A DNA stretch of 64,000 bases from Gnetum montanum (GCA_015680685.1 MNCI01001139.1:46880-110879); one strand, 5' to 3'; positions 1 to 13,700 are shown, numbered from the stretch's first letter. Numbers and translations are program-made. The notes: a model not told the origin generated them from the sequence alone.

Positions 1-929
1 CAACGTGCTTATACTAAGATCCTTGTAGATCTAACACAAAATGGGAGTAAGAGTAATCAAAAGGTACTCAAAAATCCAATGTTGTTCTAGGGGGTCCCAC
101 TAGAAAGACATGCATCCATGCCTGAAGGTTGGTAGCTTCTCTGGATTCAGCAATAAAAAAAAAGAAAACAACAAAGAAAGTGCCACAAAGCAAAAATCAC
201 TCCTTCCTTGAACAAAATGCCAAGTGATCATATGCCTTGTTGTTATGGTACTCTCATAGTCACTCATCATGGGATGAAACAATGTAGTGTCAATGATCAA
301 AAGAATGGACTTGGTCCCTATGTTGGAACGATGGGTTAATAACACATTAATCATGCTTTACACGTAGGATTCACTGTGCCCTGGGTCAGTTACTCCATGT
401 CCCAATCTCTACAATCCCCTCTATAGTCTATCTCATCTTGTTATTTATGTAATTGTAACTCGTGTCTTTTGTAGCGTAGAATTTCGACCTCAGTCCGGTG
501 ATACTTACATGCATGTGTTTTGTGGAACTAGTGTGGATTACATTTAACCCTTCGAGTACCCACAGACACTTTTAAGTGTGGTTACGCAAGGGTACTATAG
601 GTTGAAACCTACTTTGGGGAGGACCCACTCCTAACACATCTCTCACACACCTTCTATTACTCTTAGTGTATTTTCAACAATATTCTTTCCCTTATTACTA
701 TCCCTCCAAATTCTAACATTCCTATGAACCATCACATAGCCTTTTTCTCTCCCTTACCACCCGAGGCTCTATTGATCAATTCCACCCACACATAATTATT
801 CGTGCCTTCAGAACTAGTTAAATTACCCTAGAACCCTTTAACACTTCTCCACATGTCCTTAATATACATTGTTAATTTCAAACAAAATCTTAAAATTTGG
901 TATATTGTGTTCTGTCGTAAATATCAATA

Positions 930-1017
930 AGCCACGATATCGAAGCCAACGCGATATTGTGTAAACGATATCACGTACACGATATCGTGTCCCATAAACC
1001 TATATATACGTGACCCC
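930..1017 (+). promoter_or_regulatory. Internal promoter-like block: CGATAT(C/T)G motif array followed by TATA (CCTATATATA)
   Basis: Four CGATAT(C/T) motifs in about 55 bp, then a TATA-like box. Homologous block at 60520-60570. The same motif array precedes the LTR TATA at 29625-29715. Confidence 0.55.
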
Positions 1018-1266
1018 NNNNNNNNNNNNNNNNNNNNNNNNNNNNNNNNNNNNNNNNNNNNNNNNNNNNNNNNNNNNNNNNNNNNNNNNNNNNNNNNNNN
1101 NNNNNNNNNNNNNNNNNNNNNNNNNNNNNNNNNNNNNNNNNNNNNNNNNNNNNNNNNNNNNNNNNNNNNNNNNNNNNNNNNNNNNNNNNNNNCATTAAGG
1201 CAAGTAGTAAGGTATAACCTAATTTCGGAAACAACCTTACTAATGATTGGCCTTGTGTGATTGCAG

Positions 1267-4055
1267 ATGGCCCCGAAATGTGGACAACAAGAAGGTCCTA
1301 CTCAAGGTTGGAGCAAATGACCTAGGAGAGGTGAAGGACAAGTTCCTACTGGACAGCATGCAGAGCAGGAGGAATAATCATTTAGCATTCACCAAGAAGA
1401 CCCTACTACTATACAATCCAGGTAGGCAGAAGGAGGAGCTGCAGTAGCGCCTGAACAAGGACAACATCTCACGTTGCCCTAAGATTGTGTTCAGGCTATC
1501 CATGAAAGGTCTATATTCACTGCAGTGATTGTGGAATTAAATTTTAAATCTTTCACAAAGTTTGCTCTAGAGGCCTTTAGGGATCACCTTAAAGGATCCC
1601 CATTATGACCTGTCCTCTCTGAAAGTGGTGCTTGGTACTTAGGGGAAACATACCAATTTTGGCACAATAGAGAACAAGGCACCACGGTTAACATTTGTGG
1701 TGTGAAAGTTGATTTCTCTATTCAGACCATTTCAAAAGTATTAAACCTTCCAAATACAGGGCCAAAGGTTGCTCAGTTGTTTATCCGTTCAGACCTTGAT
1801 GCACAAAGAGTTTGGTTGGAAAGGGAATGTGGCAAGGAGGAAAGGAAGTTTGGAGAGCTGACGATGGAAGAGAGGATCTATTTCAAAATTGGAACTTATC
1901 ACCTCTTCCCCACAAAGGGCTAAAAAGAATTTCAACATATGTGGCAAGGGGATGTGTAGTATTGATGGGAAAGTTTAATGTTAACCTGCCTCATCTATAC
2001 TTTATAGAGATCCTAAGGCAGTTTGAAGAACAGAAGATAGGGAAGATGGCATTACCCTTCCCTTGCCTTATCAGAAAGCTATGCTGACATGATGGTATTA
2101 AAAGATACACCAATGATGTCCTCTGAAAAGCCCAAAATGCTTCATATGATGAATTGCTAAAGCCACTAGCTGCAAGAAAAATCACTGGTGAGACGCTGGA
2201 ACTAGAACAAGAAAAAGAACAGACGACAGGGCCAACTGTAACTCAACTTGCAGGAGCCAGCTAACTTCCAAGTATGAGACCAAGCCAACAACAAGAAGCA
2301 GGGCCTAGCATGGGCCAAGATCAAACACTACCGCCCCAAGATTACAAATCGTTGAAGAGCCATCTCAGGGCCATCACTGAGACAGTCATTTAGGGAAGTC
2401 ATAATGATGCAAATCTCTTCCACATCATCAACGATGCCATGCAGCCCACGATTTCTTTGGATGATGAAAGGGGTGAAGTGTCAATTCATATAGGATGAAG
2501 GGAGAGCACTTGGTCACAACAGATCTCTGGGAACACTACATCTTTTCAAGTGCAATTGGAAACTAGTGAAGGGGCCATAGTGGTGGTTATGTAGCACTAG
2601 GATGTAGCAGGAGCTGCAGAAGCCATCGCAGACCACATTAAAGAATTGTTCAATGTACCTATTGTGCCATTGGTAGATCTTACAAGAGCACGAGATGCTC
2701 AAAATCTAGCTGGAACCTCAATGACTCCTATGGAACATGAGGATGTACTTGATCGATTGCTACAAATGGGGTAGGTAATGATGTCCCTGTTTGACATCCT
2801 TAGGATGTTACAGCAATTCAATCAGACCTCATTTCCACCAAGGGGAAGTTGGTCTTGATAGAGATGAGGGCCGAGAACGCTGAAGCAGAGGTGAAAAAAT
2901 TGCAAGAAAGGCTTGTGGCCCTACAAGCAACACAGTGGGATCCTTTGCAATTTTTTCCCACAGACCAACTAGACACTTTCAAAATTGAGCAACTACCTAA
3001 ATTATTGACGGAGAATAAGAAGGTAGCAGACAAAAAAGAGAAGGCTATTTATGATGCCTTTGTAGCATAAGCACAAACTTATGCACATACCAAGGCACTC
3101 AAGGCCTTATAAGAGGAAAACAAGAAGCTTGTTGCTGACAACCTTCAGTTGACCTCTGTGAAAAAGCAAAAGAATGTTCTCGAAGAACATTTTTAGTAAT
3201 TACGAGAATAACTCATCCGGGTCAACCAAGACATGAACCATTTAGCCAAGGAAAATCGAACCCTCTCAATGGAGGAGGTATGCGCCATCCGCTGGAAGAC
3301 GGCTATTGAAATAAGTGCATGGCAGAACGAGGCTAAACGACATGAAAAGCTAAAGGATCACTTTCGAGACCAGGTGGGGATGTATAAACAGATCATTAAG
3401 AAGGAGATCCATATGGCCAAGGTACATCAATGCTATCAGTGCTCAACACACTGACTGGTGGGCCATATTGGACACATATGCATTTTCCCACCAGGTGGAA
3501 GTTAAGAACTGAGACCTGTAGATCCAAGATCTTATAGAATACATGTAGTTGGCAAACCTGTGGTATGCCAACCTTGCCATCTTAACAGCAAGGTGCCCGA
3601 GAATAGAGCATGAGCAATACGTAGCCACCACCTACATCAAATATGAAATAGAATTTGCAGAACACAAGAAGATATTGAAAAAACTAAAGATTGCAAATTC
3701 TGAACTTGAGGTGGTTAAAGCAAGCTACTAGGGACAAAAAGGTGTCACAACGTACTTGGCTCAACGGCTTGCAGATTTCCAAGAATACAAAGATAAACCC
3801 AAAGCCTATGAGGAGGAATGATAGGTATTTGCAACTTGGTATGCCAAGGCAAACAAAATGTTTCCACAACTACCCTATCCATGGGAGGTGTCGACTACAT
3901 CAAACATCAGAACATTAGCATGGATGGTACATGATCCTCGAACCGAAGAGGAGAAACTCCAGACCATACTTCAACACCATCAAGTCCCAAGACTTGGAGC
4001 ACAAGACAAGGGAAAGGCATCTATGGAGGAGCCACTGCCACAAGGAACTACATGA
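1267..4055 (+). pseudogene. Degenerate Athila-type accessory ('env-like'/plant transposon protein, PF20167-like) ORF with long coiled-coil C-terminus
   Basis: ATG GCC CCG AAA directly follows branch-point-like CTTACTAAT and acceptor TTGCAG. Fragments include YQFWHN..VNICGVKVDFS..ISKVLNLP and NLPHLY...ALPFPCLIRKLC, then a heptad-rich region, ending QDKGKASMEEPLPQGTT*. Many in-frame stops of the C>T type. Synonymous differences against copy C identify this reading frame. Confidence 0.75.
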
Positions 4056-4199
4056 GTTCCATCAATTTTGTAGCTATAGGATTTTCTTTCACATTCTTTG
4101 TGTTGTGTCTCTATTTTGTTCTGATTCCATACTACGACATGAACCCATTCTCACAAGTTAATAATCCCATACCTATCCACTGTGTAATCAATGGAGCTT

Positions 4200-4733
4200 G
4201 TCATTGCAGCATTCACGTAGTTTAATTATTTAATTTTTATTATTATTTATTACTTTCGTAGTTAACATCTCTTTACCCTAAACTCCTTTTAAATGCGGAA
4301 TGAGTACGACTTGATCACGAGCATTTAAGTGCAACTACTTGGTAATCCAGTAGTGTACCTAGGATTTGTGCTTGGTAATCCCAGTAGTAGTCATGCACAA
4401 GGTCCAAGATGTGTACGGATGATTAAGGAACGAATGCTTATCACACTTAGGCTAGTTTAGATTCTCTCTCACCCTCTCTCTCTCCCAGCTTAGTTAATAT
4501 TATTTCCCATCATACCCAGGAGTAGCCTTAATATAGGAACACATCATACACCTCACTCTAGACTAAACGATATGTGACAAAGATAATACTAGTCCAGGTG
4601 GAAAGATAGAGAACTACGATCTAAGAGTAACTATCTAAATATCACAACTAGTCCGTCTGTGGAGTTCATTCGGATTGTGCGTGAAACACTCGTATTCGTA
4701 TGGTTAAGTGTAGGGGTAGCTCGCCACTCATCA
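4200..4733 (+). repeat. 3' LTR of element A, lacking its first ~280 bp and the PPT
   Basis: TCATTGCAGCATTCAC.. aligns to the interior of the C LTR (about 56717). No TGATGAG start and no PPT upstream. Confidence 0.75.
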
Positions 4734-6599
4734 TTAAGGTAGTTTAAAGCTTTACAAGTATCTTAATTATCTTCAGAACTTGTTATTGATGTGGTTAACT
4801 CTTCTTAATTTTTGTTTTGGAGTTACAAAGCATCCAAACCAAGACTCTATGGTATGTCCTTTCTTTTCGCAAAATTTATAATATGGAATAGATTCATATC
4901 TTTGATTTTTATTACTTCATCTTCCTCTTCTAGAACCTCTACCCCTTGAGTCTCTTAAAGAATTCTTTATTATGTCTTAATTGCTTTNTTCACACTATTT
5001 TGGAATCTAAGAAAATCAACATACCAAAAAAAATTCTGTATATAATTTAATTTTGTAACAGAAGAACATATTAATGATTTTTTTTTATTTTTTTGTAAGA
5101 ATGTATGATTGCATAAAACACATTAATGAATATGGATGTGATTTTACTTACCATCAAAAAGTACAAAAAGTACAAAAAGTAGTAGCAACATTATATAATG
5201 ATCACAAGTATCAAAATAATGTGATGAAATTTCTCTAAAACAAGGAATTCAAGTAATTCATGGTTGATGATCTAGTTTCACAAATCAAAATAGTGGANAT
5301 CTTTTCTTTTTCATTTTTCTTCTTCTAGAAATTTATTTATAGAGGAATTATCTCATCTTTATCTTCTTTGCTTGAGATAGGCTTGAGAGGAGTCTCTTCA
5401 AGTACAATAGCCTCCTAGGCATCATTTACATTCAGGAGTCCTTTCATCATGTCTTTTCAAAGAATGAAGTCTTGAGTATCATTAAAGAAATTTTGCAATT
5501 TCCTTGTTACAATCCATTGAGATTTTGACTCTAATACCACTATTGATAATTATGCTAATAATATATTTTGAAAAAATTGATGAATTTATGAAGCTTTGAT
5601 TCTTAATCTTCTAGATTGAATTATTCTAGAGTATCAAGAATTCTAAAATGTTAAAAGTGGATTTTTAGAATTGTAATTGTAGATTTGACTTGTTGAAAGC
5701 TTGATTACCTGATTGATTATTGGGAATGAGAATTAACAAGAATTGATGATTCATTTGAGTGAATGAAAAAGAAGAAAGGAATATGAAAGGTTATAGATTT
5801 GCTACAAAATTCGTACTTAAACTTTATTGACAAAAAATAGATTGATTACAACATGGTATGGACTTTGTTTATATAAAAATTAGTTAGCTTCATACTTGGT
5901 GTTAATGAAAAATCATTCCCCATTAATAAAAATAAGAAAAAAAAATGCAAAAAAAGATGAATTACGATCAAACTCAAGTACAACCATCCATCAATTCATA
6001 AATATTAAAAATTTATCATTTTTCTTCAAGTGATGATAAGAGTATTGTAATCCTTTATTTTCTTTCACTAATATTTCTTACATTACACACTAATTAATAA
6101 CATATACAAGATACAACTAACATACCATTTATATTTCCACATGGCATGTTTTGAAGAAGGTTGCATAAATTATAATCGCATATTATAATTTAAATAGATG
6201 AAATGACTATTATAATCATTCTTGAATGCTTTCCTTTGTTCCATGCTAGAAGGATCCAATCATCCTAGCAAAACCCTTTCGCTTACATGATAAGAACATA
6301 AAAAATTAAGGAGTCTATGTCTTTCATTGAACCTAAAATTAAGTTCAATCAAATTGATAATTTTATTTTCTTTATGAACAACAATGAATTGTGAATGTGA
6401 GGATAATTACATTAAATAACACCATTGCTATATTGGATATCTATGTTGCTTATAAGTTTTATACAAGTGGTGGTGTTATGTGAAGAATAAGCTACATGAT
6501 TTAATTCATGTTTAAAGCATATAGAATATTGTAAAATCTATAGAAATGAAACCACTAAGTTTAAAAAGATTTTAATAGGTTAGTATAAGGATAAAGTTT

Positions 6600-6758
6600 A
6601 GGGGAATTGAAGCCTAAAACCTTTTTTTAAACAATATTTACTCCCAAGAAATATAGTTAAATTATCTTTATAACTCAGCATTACCCACCAGAATTGAACC
6701 CATAACTTCAAGTTTCCAAATCACGAGTTTTACCATTAAACTAAAACGTTATTGTTAG
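6600..6758 (-). mobile_element. tRNA-derived SINE-like fragment or tRNA pseudogene
   Basis: Minus strand has an A-box-like TAGTTTAATGGTAAA and a B-box GGTTCAATTC at tRNA spacing, with an A-rich 3' end. AAGGATAAAGTTT occurs on both sides (about 6587 and 6759), a possible TSD. Stems do not pair well. Confidence 0.45.
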
Positions 6759-6759
6759 A

Positions 6760-8709
6760 AGGATAAAGTTTGAAGCTTAATTGAAGCTTTTAAGGTAGCC
6801 AACATAGTTGGTTGATGTGTTTATAGTGTATGAGACATTAAGTTAGTGGTAAGAGCCATTGTATGAAGCCCCCATTTTAAGAATAGTATGAATATGTTGT
6901 ATTCTAACTCCTTCATGATTATTTCCTTATAATATTGAGTAAAGTAGTAGTAGGTTGTCGTCTCTGGTTCATATTTGAAGTCTAGGAATTATGTTTTATT
7001 TGTAGAAAAAGCCAAAGATAAGGTCAAGTTAAGAGAAAATATTTTAAAATGACAAAAGTGACCAAGGGTCTTCATGTTGGGGCCAATGCCAAAAGAGACA
7101 AGTTCCTCCACAAAAAAGTATTAGTAGGAGGGTACCTCTCCATTGTAAACCTACCAAGATTTGGATTATTAAATGATAGAAGCTCTCTCTTTTTTAATTT
7201 GGTATGCCTATGTGAGCATTATGTGCTTAGCTTGAAGCTCTTTTAGCTTCATCTTTTTCATCTTTTCTTTTATTTCTACAAGCATGGCTCTCTCAAGTGT
7301 GAAGTGAATCCCTCTCTATGATTTATTCTCACAAGTTCTCTCAATTCTCATGGAGTTTATTGCATTCTCACATAACTTCATATTTCTTTCCTAGTTGTTC
7401 TCTTAATGTCAAGTTCTCAAATGGTTCTTTCATGGTTTGCATGTTCCCTCATGTTCAATTGAAGTTTCAAGAATTTAAATTCAAGGAATTGTGTAAGGTT
7501 GAAGAAGTTTGAAAGTTATTTGAGGAATTGACCCTTTTTCTTTGATAGTCACCTCTAAATTGAAAGGATTCACTTTCCCAAGCATCTATATTATGTTTCA
7601 CATCCTAGATATGTTCATTTTGCAAGTCCTATGCATGTTTCAAGCAAGGGTTCAATCCTCTTTTTTTAAATTGGATGTTGTAAGATTCATTTGGATGTTT
7701 GAAGCAAGAATCAAGCATTTTTCACTTTTTTTCTGAGAAGACTTAATGTTTTTAATGTTATTTTGCATGTTTAGTAGTCATTCCTTATGAATATTGATGT
7801 AGTTGATTATAAGTAACATTGTAAATGCCTTTGAAGACTCAAAGGCATGTTGCATTTCGTCAATGAATCCTTTTTCCTTGTTCAAAATATTGCCACTAAT
7901 TTGTAGTGACTCTTATCTCAGGTGGAGTAATATTGCTATCTTTTTGGATTTGGTATTAATTAAAATAAATCCTTTATTTATAGTTTCAATAATAATTACT
8001 GTTATATTTTCATAGCTATAACTGGAAGCTTATTCGAGACCAAGATATCATTAAGATTTTGGGAATTTCCTTCCATTTTAGAGGTTCTACCTTAATTCTT
8101 TGGGATCAAGTAGTATCTTGGATTTAAAAGAAAATCAAAAAATGGAAGACTAAATCCCTTACTCTTGTAGGCAAGTACCTTGTCTACAAATCTATGTATG
8201 CTTCTACCAATGTGTTAGACTTCCTCCCAAGCCACTTATCAAAAGCTAGAATAGTTATTTCAAGACTTCATGTGGTCTTCTAAAGACTCTCAAAGAGGTT
8301 TTTATTGTGTCGCTTGGAATATCATTACTCTTTTTAAGAATAAGGGTGGTTTAGATCTTTTAAATTCTTTCAAAAAGGGGCTCACCTTGGTCACTAAGTG
8401 GTTAGTTTAGCATCTATATGCCCTTAACATTATTGAAATTCTCCTCCAATTAAGGTTTCAACAAGCATTTCCCAAAAATAAGCCATTTTGGAAAGGAATC
8501 CACTTTGATAATTAGATTGTCTTTCCCCATACAATCATTATTCCCCAATCTCATGTTTTCAAAAGCATTTGGAGGACTTGGCAGGTTTTCCACCATTATA
8601 TCGATTAAACTAATGTTAAGATCAATCCTACTCTTCTTTCTAAGCTTTGCCCTTTGTGGTTACCTTTGTCATTTACTCCTCTTGCCACTACAAATGCTAA
8701 GATAGCTAC
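6760..8709 (-). mobile_element. Highly degenerate retroelement coding remnant (possibly copia gag-pol), probably continuing at about 15472-16300
   Basis: Coding-like composition with a decayed zinc-knuckle-like segment near 8565-8600. Interrupted by the 8710-15471 insertion. Confidence 0.3.
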
Positions 8710-10720
8710 TATTGATGCTAACATTGCCCATGCTAGGCATGGAACCATGATCAACAAGTATATTCCCTTGGCACTGAGTACAAAGAAAGTTAATTTGTAC
8801 AAGCATGTAACGACTCGGGTGGAGAAGAATGTGGGTTACATAATGGTTGTAAAGGTGGCGTAATTGACGATGGTGGTGCTAGGAGTTACGTGTGTTATAG
8901 GAGTTATGTTGGTAGTAACCGACAATGGTAGAGAACATGGTGGGAGTTATGTTTAGGTGGTGTGGGGAGTTATGTGTAGTGGTGGCATAACCAACAATGT
9001 AGTGGTCCCGAGTGTCATGGAAGTTGCGTAACAGTTTAGGTGGTGGGCATAACCAATGTGGGACATGGACATTTAAACACCTAGACAAGTGGCTATAAAA
9101 GAAAAGGTGAGTGGATGTTGTGGATCATCTAGGGAAAAGGGATGTGGCCTCCTTTCTCTCTAGCATGCCAAAATGATGGGTAGCACCTATAGCCTTCCCT
9201 CTCTCTCTTACAGTAGTAAGGTGCACTACAAACGATTACTGAGGGAAGCAAGGGACTCTTAGCACTAGTTGGGGGCTGAGCAATAGGTAGTAGGAAAATC
9301 ATCTATTGAGTACTTCCCTCTCCAAAGGAAATCAACATATGACAGTTTCTCTTTCTTTGGCATATCATCATCATTTAGCCTCTCCCCTGTTCAGCAAGGT
9401 GCGTGATGGTGGTGATCATGACAACAATGGTGGTGCATGGAAACTATAGCTAATGGTAGTAGGTGACCTCCCTATGTGGCATGTGATAGGTAGGAGAGCT
9501 CTCAAGGTAGTAGTGGTAGGATTAAACACATAGATAGTAGTGCGATAGTAGCAGTGAGGCATGTGGCAAGCTACAACATGCCTTACCTTTCTTAAGCAAT
9601 AGCCAGGAAACTTGTGATGGTAGCAGTACTCATAGCAATTGTAGGAACAAGGGGGCCAACCTCTCTCTCTCATCGAGGCTAGCCTCTCACTCTCATTGAG
9701 GCCAACCTCTCTCTCATCAAGGTCTAGCCTCTCCTCTCTCTAGCAGCACATGTGACAAACAAAATGACATGTGCACCAAGAAATAGAGGCTATGAACAAT
9801 GTGTTTGTAGCACGTAGAGTGGACAACAGAAGCATCTCTCTATATCCTCCCTTCCCCAGTAGATGGTGGTGGACAGAACCGTGAACTGTAAGGATGGTTA
9901 GCAACAGAACAGATCTCTCTCTCTCCCTCTCCTAGTGGCTACAAGTAATGTCAATTGTGGCAACGTACATGATGAGAAAACCTGAGGTGATGATCTTCCT
10001 TTTGGCTAGTAGAGTGGTTCTATTTTTTTCTCTCTTCGCAATGGTTGGTGGCGGTCTGTAATTGTAGTGATGATAACACCCAACAATAGTGGTAGCACAT
10101 CCTTATAGAGTAGGTTTTTCATCCTTGCTACCACAAGGGTTTTCAACTTGGCAATAATCGTGAATGACAGCGGTTGGAAACAAGATCTCTCTCTCTCTCT
10201 CTCTCTCCCTCTCTTTGCAAATCCGAATCGCTGACTGCAGCAGGGTTGTCTCTTTCTTTTTTCTTCAACAATAGTGAAGTTATAATAGGTGACCTCCCTA
10301 GGTTCTGTACCACCAATGACAGGTTGTGTGATAAGCGATAGTGAGGTGCATGGTGGTGGAACACCAGACAAATCTCTCTCCCTCTCCCTCTCCTAATGGC
10401 TATGAGTAACATCAGCTGTGGTGGCATTCGCAATGACAAGACAGCATGAACTGACGATAATAGTAGGGACCAAGGAAAAGTTTAAATTTTCTAATTACCT
10501 ACTATGTTTTCATGAAGTATTGAATTTCAAGATAGTTGTTTAATTTGAATTCTCTTAACTTTTTAGTTTGATTTATTTATTTTTTTGAAATTTCACATGG
10601 CCCTCTCCAGCTAAGGCTATTCCTAGGTTTTTGTACCCATATAGAAGGCACCCTAGGTAATAGTTTCCTCAAACGAAGTTTTCCCCCTATGTTGATGCAT
10701 CCAAAATTTATGCATGAACA
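8710..10720 (+). repeat. LTR-like unit 1 of a tandem LTR doublet (~2.0 kb, (CT)n-rich)
   Basis: Termini TATTGATGC...GCATGAACA (decayed TGTTGATGC...GCATCAACA). TATA-like CTATAAAAG at about 9093. Colinear with unit 2. Confidence 0.7.
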
Positions 10721-10731
10721 CCTTTTTTAAG

Positions 10732-13700
10732 TGTTGATGCCAACATTGCTCATGCTAGGCACGGGGCCATGATCAACAAGTCTAACCCCCTAGCACTGAG
10801 TACAAAGAAAGTTAATTTGTACAAGCATGTAATGGCCTAGGTGGTGTAGAATGTGGGTTATGTAATGATTGCAAAGGTGGTGTAACTGACGATGGTGGTG
10901 TCGAGAGTTATGTGCATTATATAAGTGTTGACGATCGTTTGGGACGCGACCGCCAACGAGTGTCCTCGAACAGGATTTAGATGCCTGCTGGTCTTTGGCA
11001 ACACCAAGGCCCAGATACCTCCAAATAAACTCAGTAGTTAATGTGAGTATGTGTGTGTGCTGTTGCGGCGTGTGGTTGTGTAAAATGTAACAATTGCGTT
11101 GTGTGTGAACTACAAATGACTTACTTTAAAGAGATTCAGCCAACTTTGCCAAGTACTGTGAGTTCTTGAAAATTTCCTATTTTGTTCAACTGCCTAGTCT
11201 ACGCGGTCCTTATAATACCTACTTGTAACAAATAAAATTTTGCAAAAACATTTGAGCACAACTCCGCAATCTACTCCTAATTTTCCCCAGAGAAAGAGAT
11301 AGTTCCACAAGAAAACTAGAAATAGAGCAAGATTCGATGGAAATAAGCAGAAAAGAAAAGAAAGCAGATTTGTGTAGACCTCAAATATTTAAACAAGGTA
11401 AAATGACACGAGTAAACACTTCGCAATAAAGCTATCCCAAATTCAATATCTACGAATTGTTCAAACTTCCAAGGCTCAAACAAGCAATATCTTCAAGACA
11501 ATCCTACTATGCTACCAAAAATTGCTGCGTAAACTACCACGTACGAGACTCCATTTTGACTAGATAATAGATGTCAACGATTGCATTCAAACAGAACCTT
11601 TAAAAGACTTGACAATTTCTGATTGAAATACCACGAGAATTCACTTTAAAGATAAAAAGAAGCTATTCTGGTCCCATCAAAATACCAAAGATTTTCTGAA
11701 CCCTCTCGACTACTGAATTGTTCAACGGCGTGACTACAAACAGAGGCTCTCTTACAACAATCCCAATAGCAGTTCCCACACGTTGCACAATAACGAAATT
11801 TACTACTAAAATGCTCTTAAGGCTTTTAAACACAAGCGCTTCTATGGCAAAATTTTAATAGAAATTTCTATCGGGCAACAAGAACAATAAGAGCAATCTA
11901 AAAATCCCAAAATTACTTGCCAAGGATGATACTATCTAAACCACTAGCTAAACAATTTAAACAAAACAAAAAATGAAATGCATAACTCACAGGACCATGA
12001 ACAAGAGGCTGAAATCTTTACTCTAGCAAGCCATCTTGCAAGCAATCGTTCACACTTTCTTCTTTACAAAATGCTCTTCTCCCAAGACTCAAAGTGTCTC
12101 CAAGTGAGAGCCGAAGTGATCCCAATGTCTTCTCAAAAGTGTGATGTATGAGACCCCAATGTGATGATATTCCACCCACCCGCCGCCCCCCCCCCCTTTT
12201 TATAAGGTTCTAAGGTAGGTAGGGAAGTTACATATTTAAAAATATCTCACCTAACTTCTCTCCCAAGTAACTTGGCCAACCAATAGGAGATTACTTGCTA
12301 AAATATCCTAGCTAACTTTTCTCCCAAGTAAGGAGGTTACAACTTACTCATTTAATTATACTTAGGAGGTTACTCATAAAGTTAGGAGGAATTAATATTT
12401 GTACATATTATGAATATTGCCTTTGTAAGTAATTTGTCTAAAATCCCTAATCTAATTTAATTTAATTTAAATTTTAAATTTTAAATTCTAAGTGTCACTA
12501 AGCTCTAAGATTTTATCATAAAAATATAATATAATCTCCACCTCATTGGTGGTAGCGTTGATTTTATTTTTGCATCCCCGATAATTGTAATTAAAATTCG
12601 GAATGACCCGAAATATGAGCCTGAAGGCAAAGCCACCGATCTTGCAACTGATCCAAAATATCTTTTCTGGCCAAAAATCGTTACCAGCAACAGCCTTCAC
12701 AGGAGAAGACTCAGCCGCCGTGTCAGGAAACGTTGCCGTGTGTTACATACGAATCTGTAACTGTTGTAACCTCTGCTTCTTGAAAATGCCTACAAGTTTT
12801 GATGAAGATATGATTTGGAAATTTTAGGCTCTGCAATTTTGGTCGTCGTCTTCCAATCGCAGCTGCACTTGCCCTACTGCGCTCGCCTTCAGCCAAGGGT
12901 TTTTATGGCCTAGTTCTACGCAGGCTTGCGGCCAGGGTTTCATGCCTTGCTTCGCCACCGCTGTTGCCGTTGTAGCCGTCGTCGTCGTGTCATGTTGGCA
13001 CCGTTGCAAACTTAACCCTACCGAAAGCCTTAATGATGGAAAACAGATCCACGAATTCTTCCAAGGATGCCCAAAACTCCCATCAAATGCTGAATTTGTG
13101 TCGGCAACGAAAGAACCCTCATTAATTCTGCAATTATTCTTGTCTAATTTCTCCAATTCTATTGCTGAACCCACCAAATCGTTAGCGGAATCCGCGAACA
13201 GGGCTGCGTTGAGAAAAATTCTGGAAGGTAAAATGGGCATTTAGCCATCCGGAATACATTTAGACGACGATGTTACAGGTATAATTTTGCTATTGTGTAT
13301 GCCTTCCATAGACCCATGCCCAGGAATCCCATGGTTTGCTGTATTGCTAACAACTGCGTGAGTGAGGGTTTTGGGCATTTTGCAAAATCACGAGCCTGCA
13401 AAAGAGCGTAACACTAAAACATTTGTATTTTTGGAATATTTCCTGCACTAGTAGCGGATGTTTGCTAATGTCTCTGGAATATCCCAACACCAATTTCTTT
13501 GCCCCAAAATTACACCCATAACAATCTTGTCATCTCATTCAAACTTTGATTTACACCACAAAGTCTTAACAACCGGGCAATTAAACTTTGATATGCCAAT
13601 AATAACTTATATAACTTTGATAATGGTGGAGAATCAACAATGGTGGAGAATGTGATGGGAGTTATGTCTAGGTGGCACTTGGAGTTACATGTGGTGGCAT

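Larger units (their letters stand above)
1..4733 (+). mobile_element. Athila-like Ty3/gypsy element A (3' part): non-coding region, accessory ORF and 5'-truncated 3' LTR
   Basis: Colinear with element C (about 59560-63920). Ends in ...CCACTCATCA at 4733, the same LTR terminus as at 30627, 36851 and 57019. The 5' part lies outside the window. N gap at 1018-1192. Confidence 0.85.

Noticed and set aside
1370-1430. Stop codons at the same positions in the A and C accessory ORFs (also at 2085/61870 and 3068/62854), suggesting readthrough or editing
   Set aside because: All can derive from CAA/CAG/CGA by C>T. Both copies have many unshared stops of the same type, so recurrent methylation decay is sufficient.
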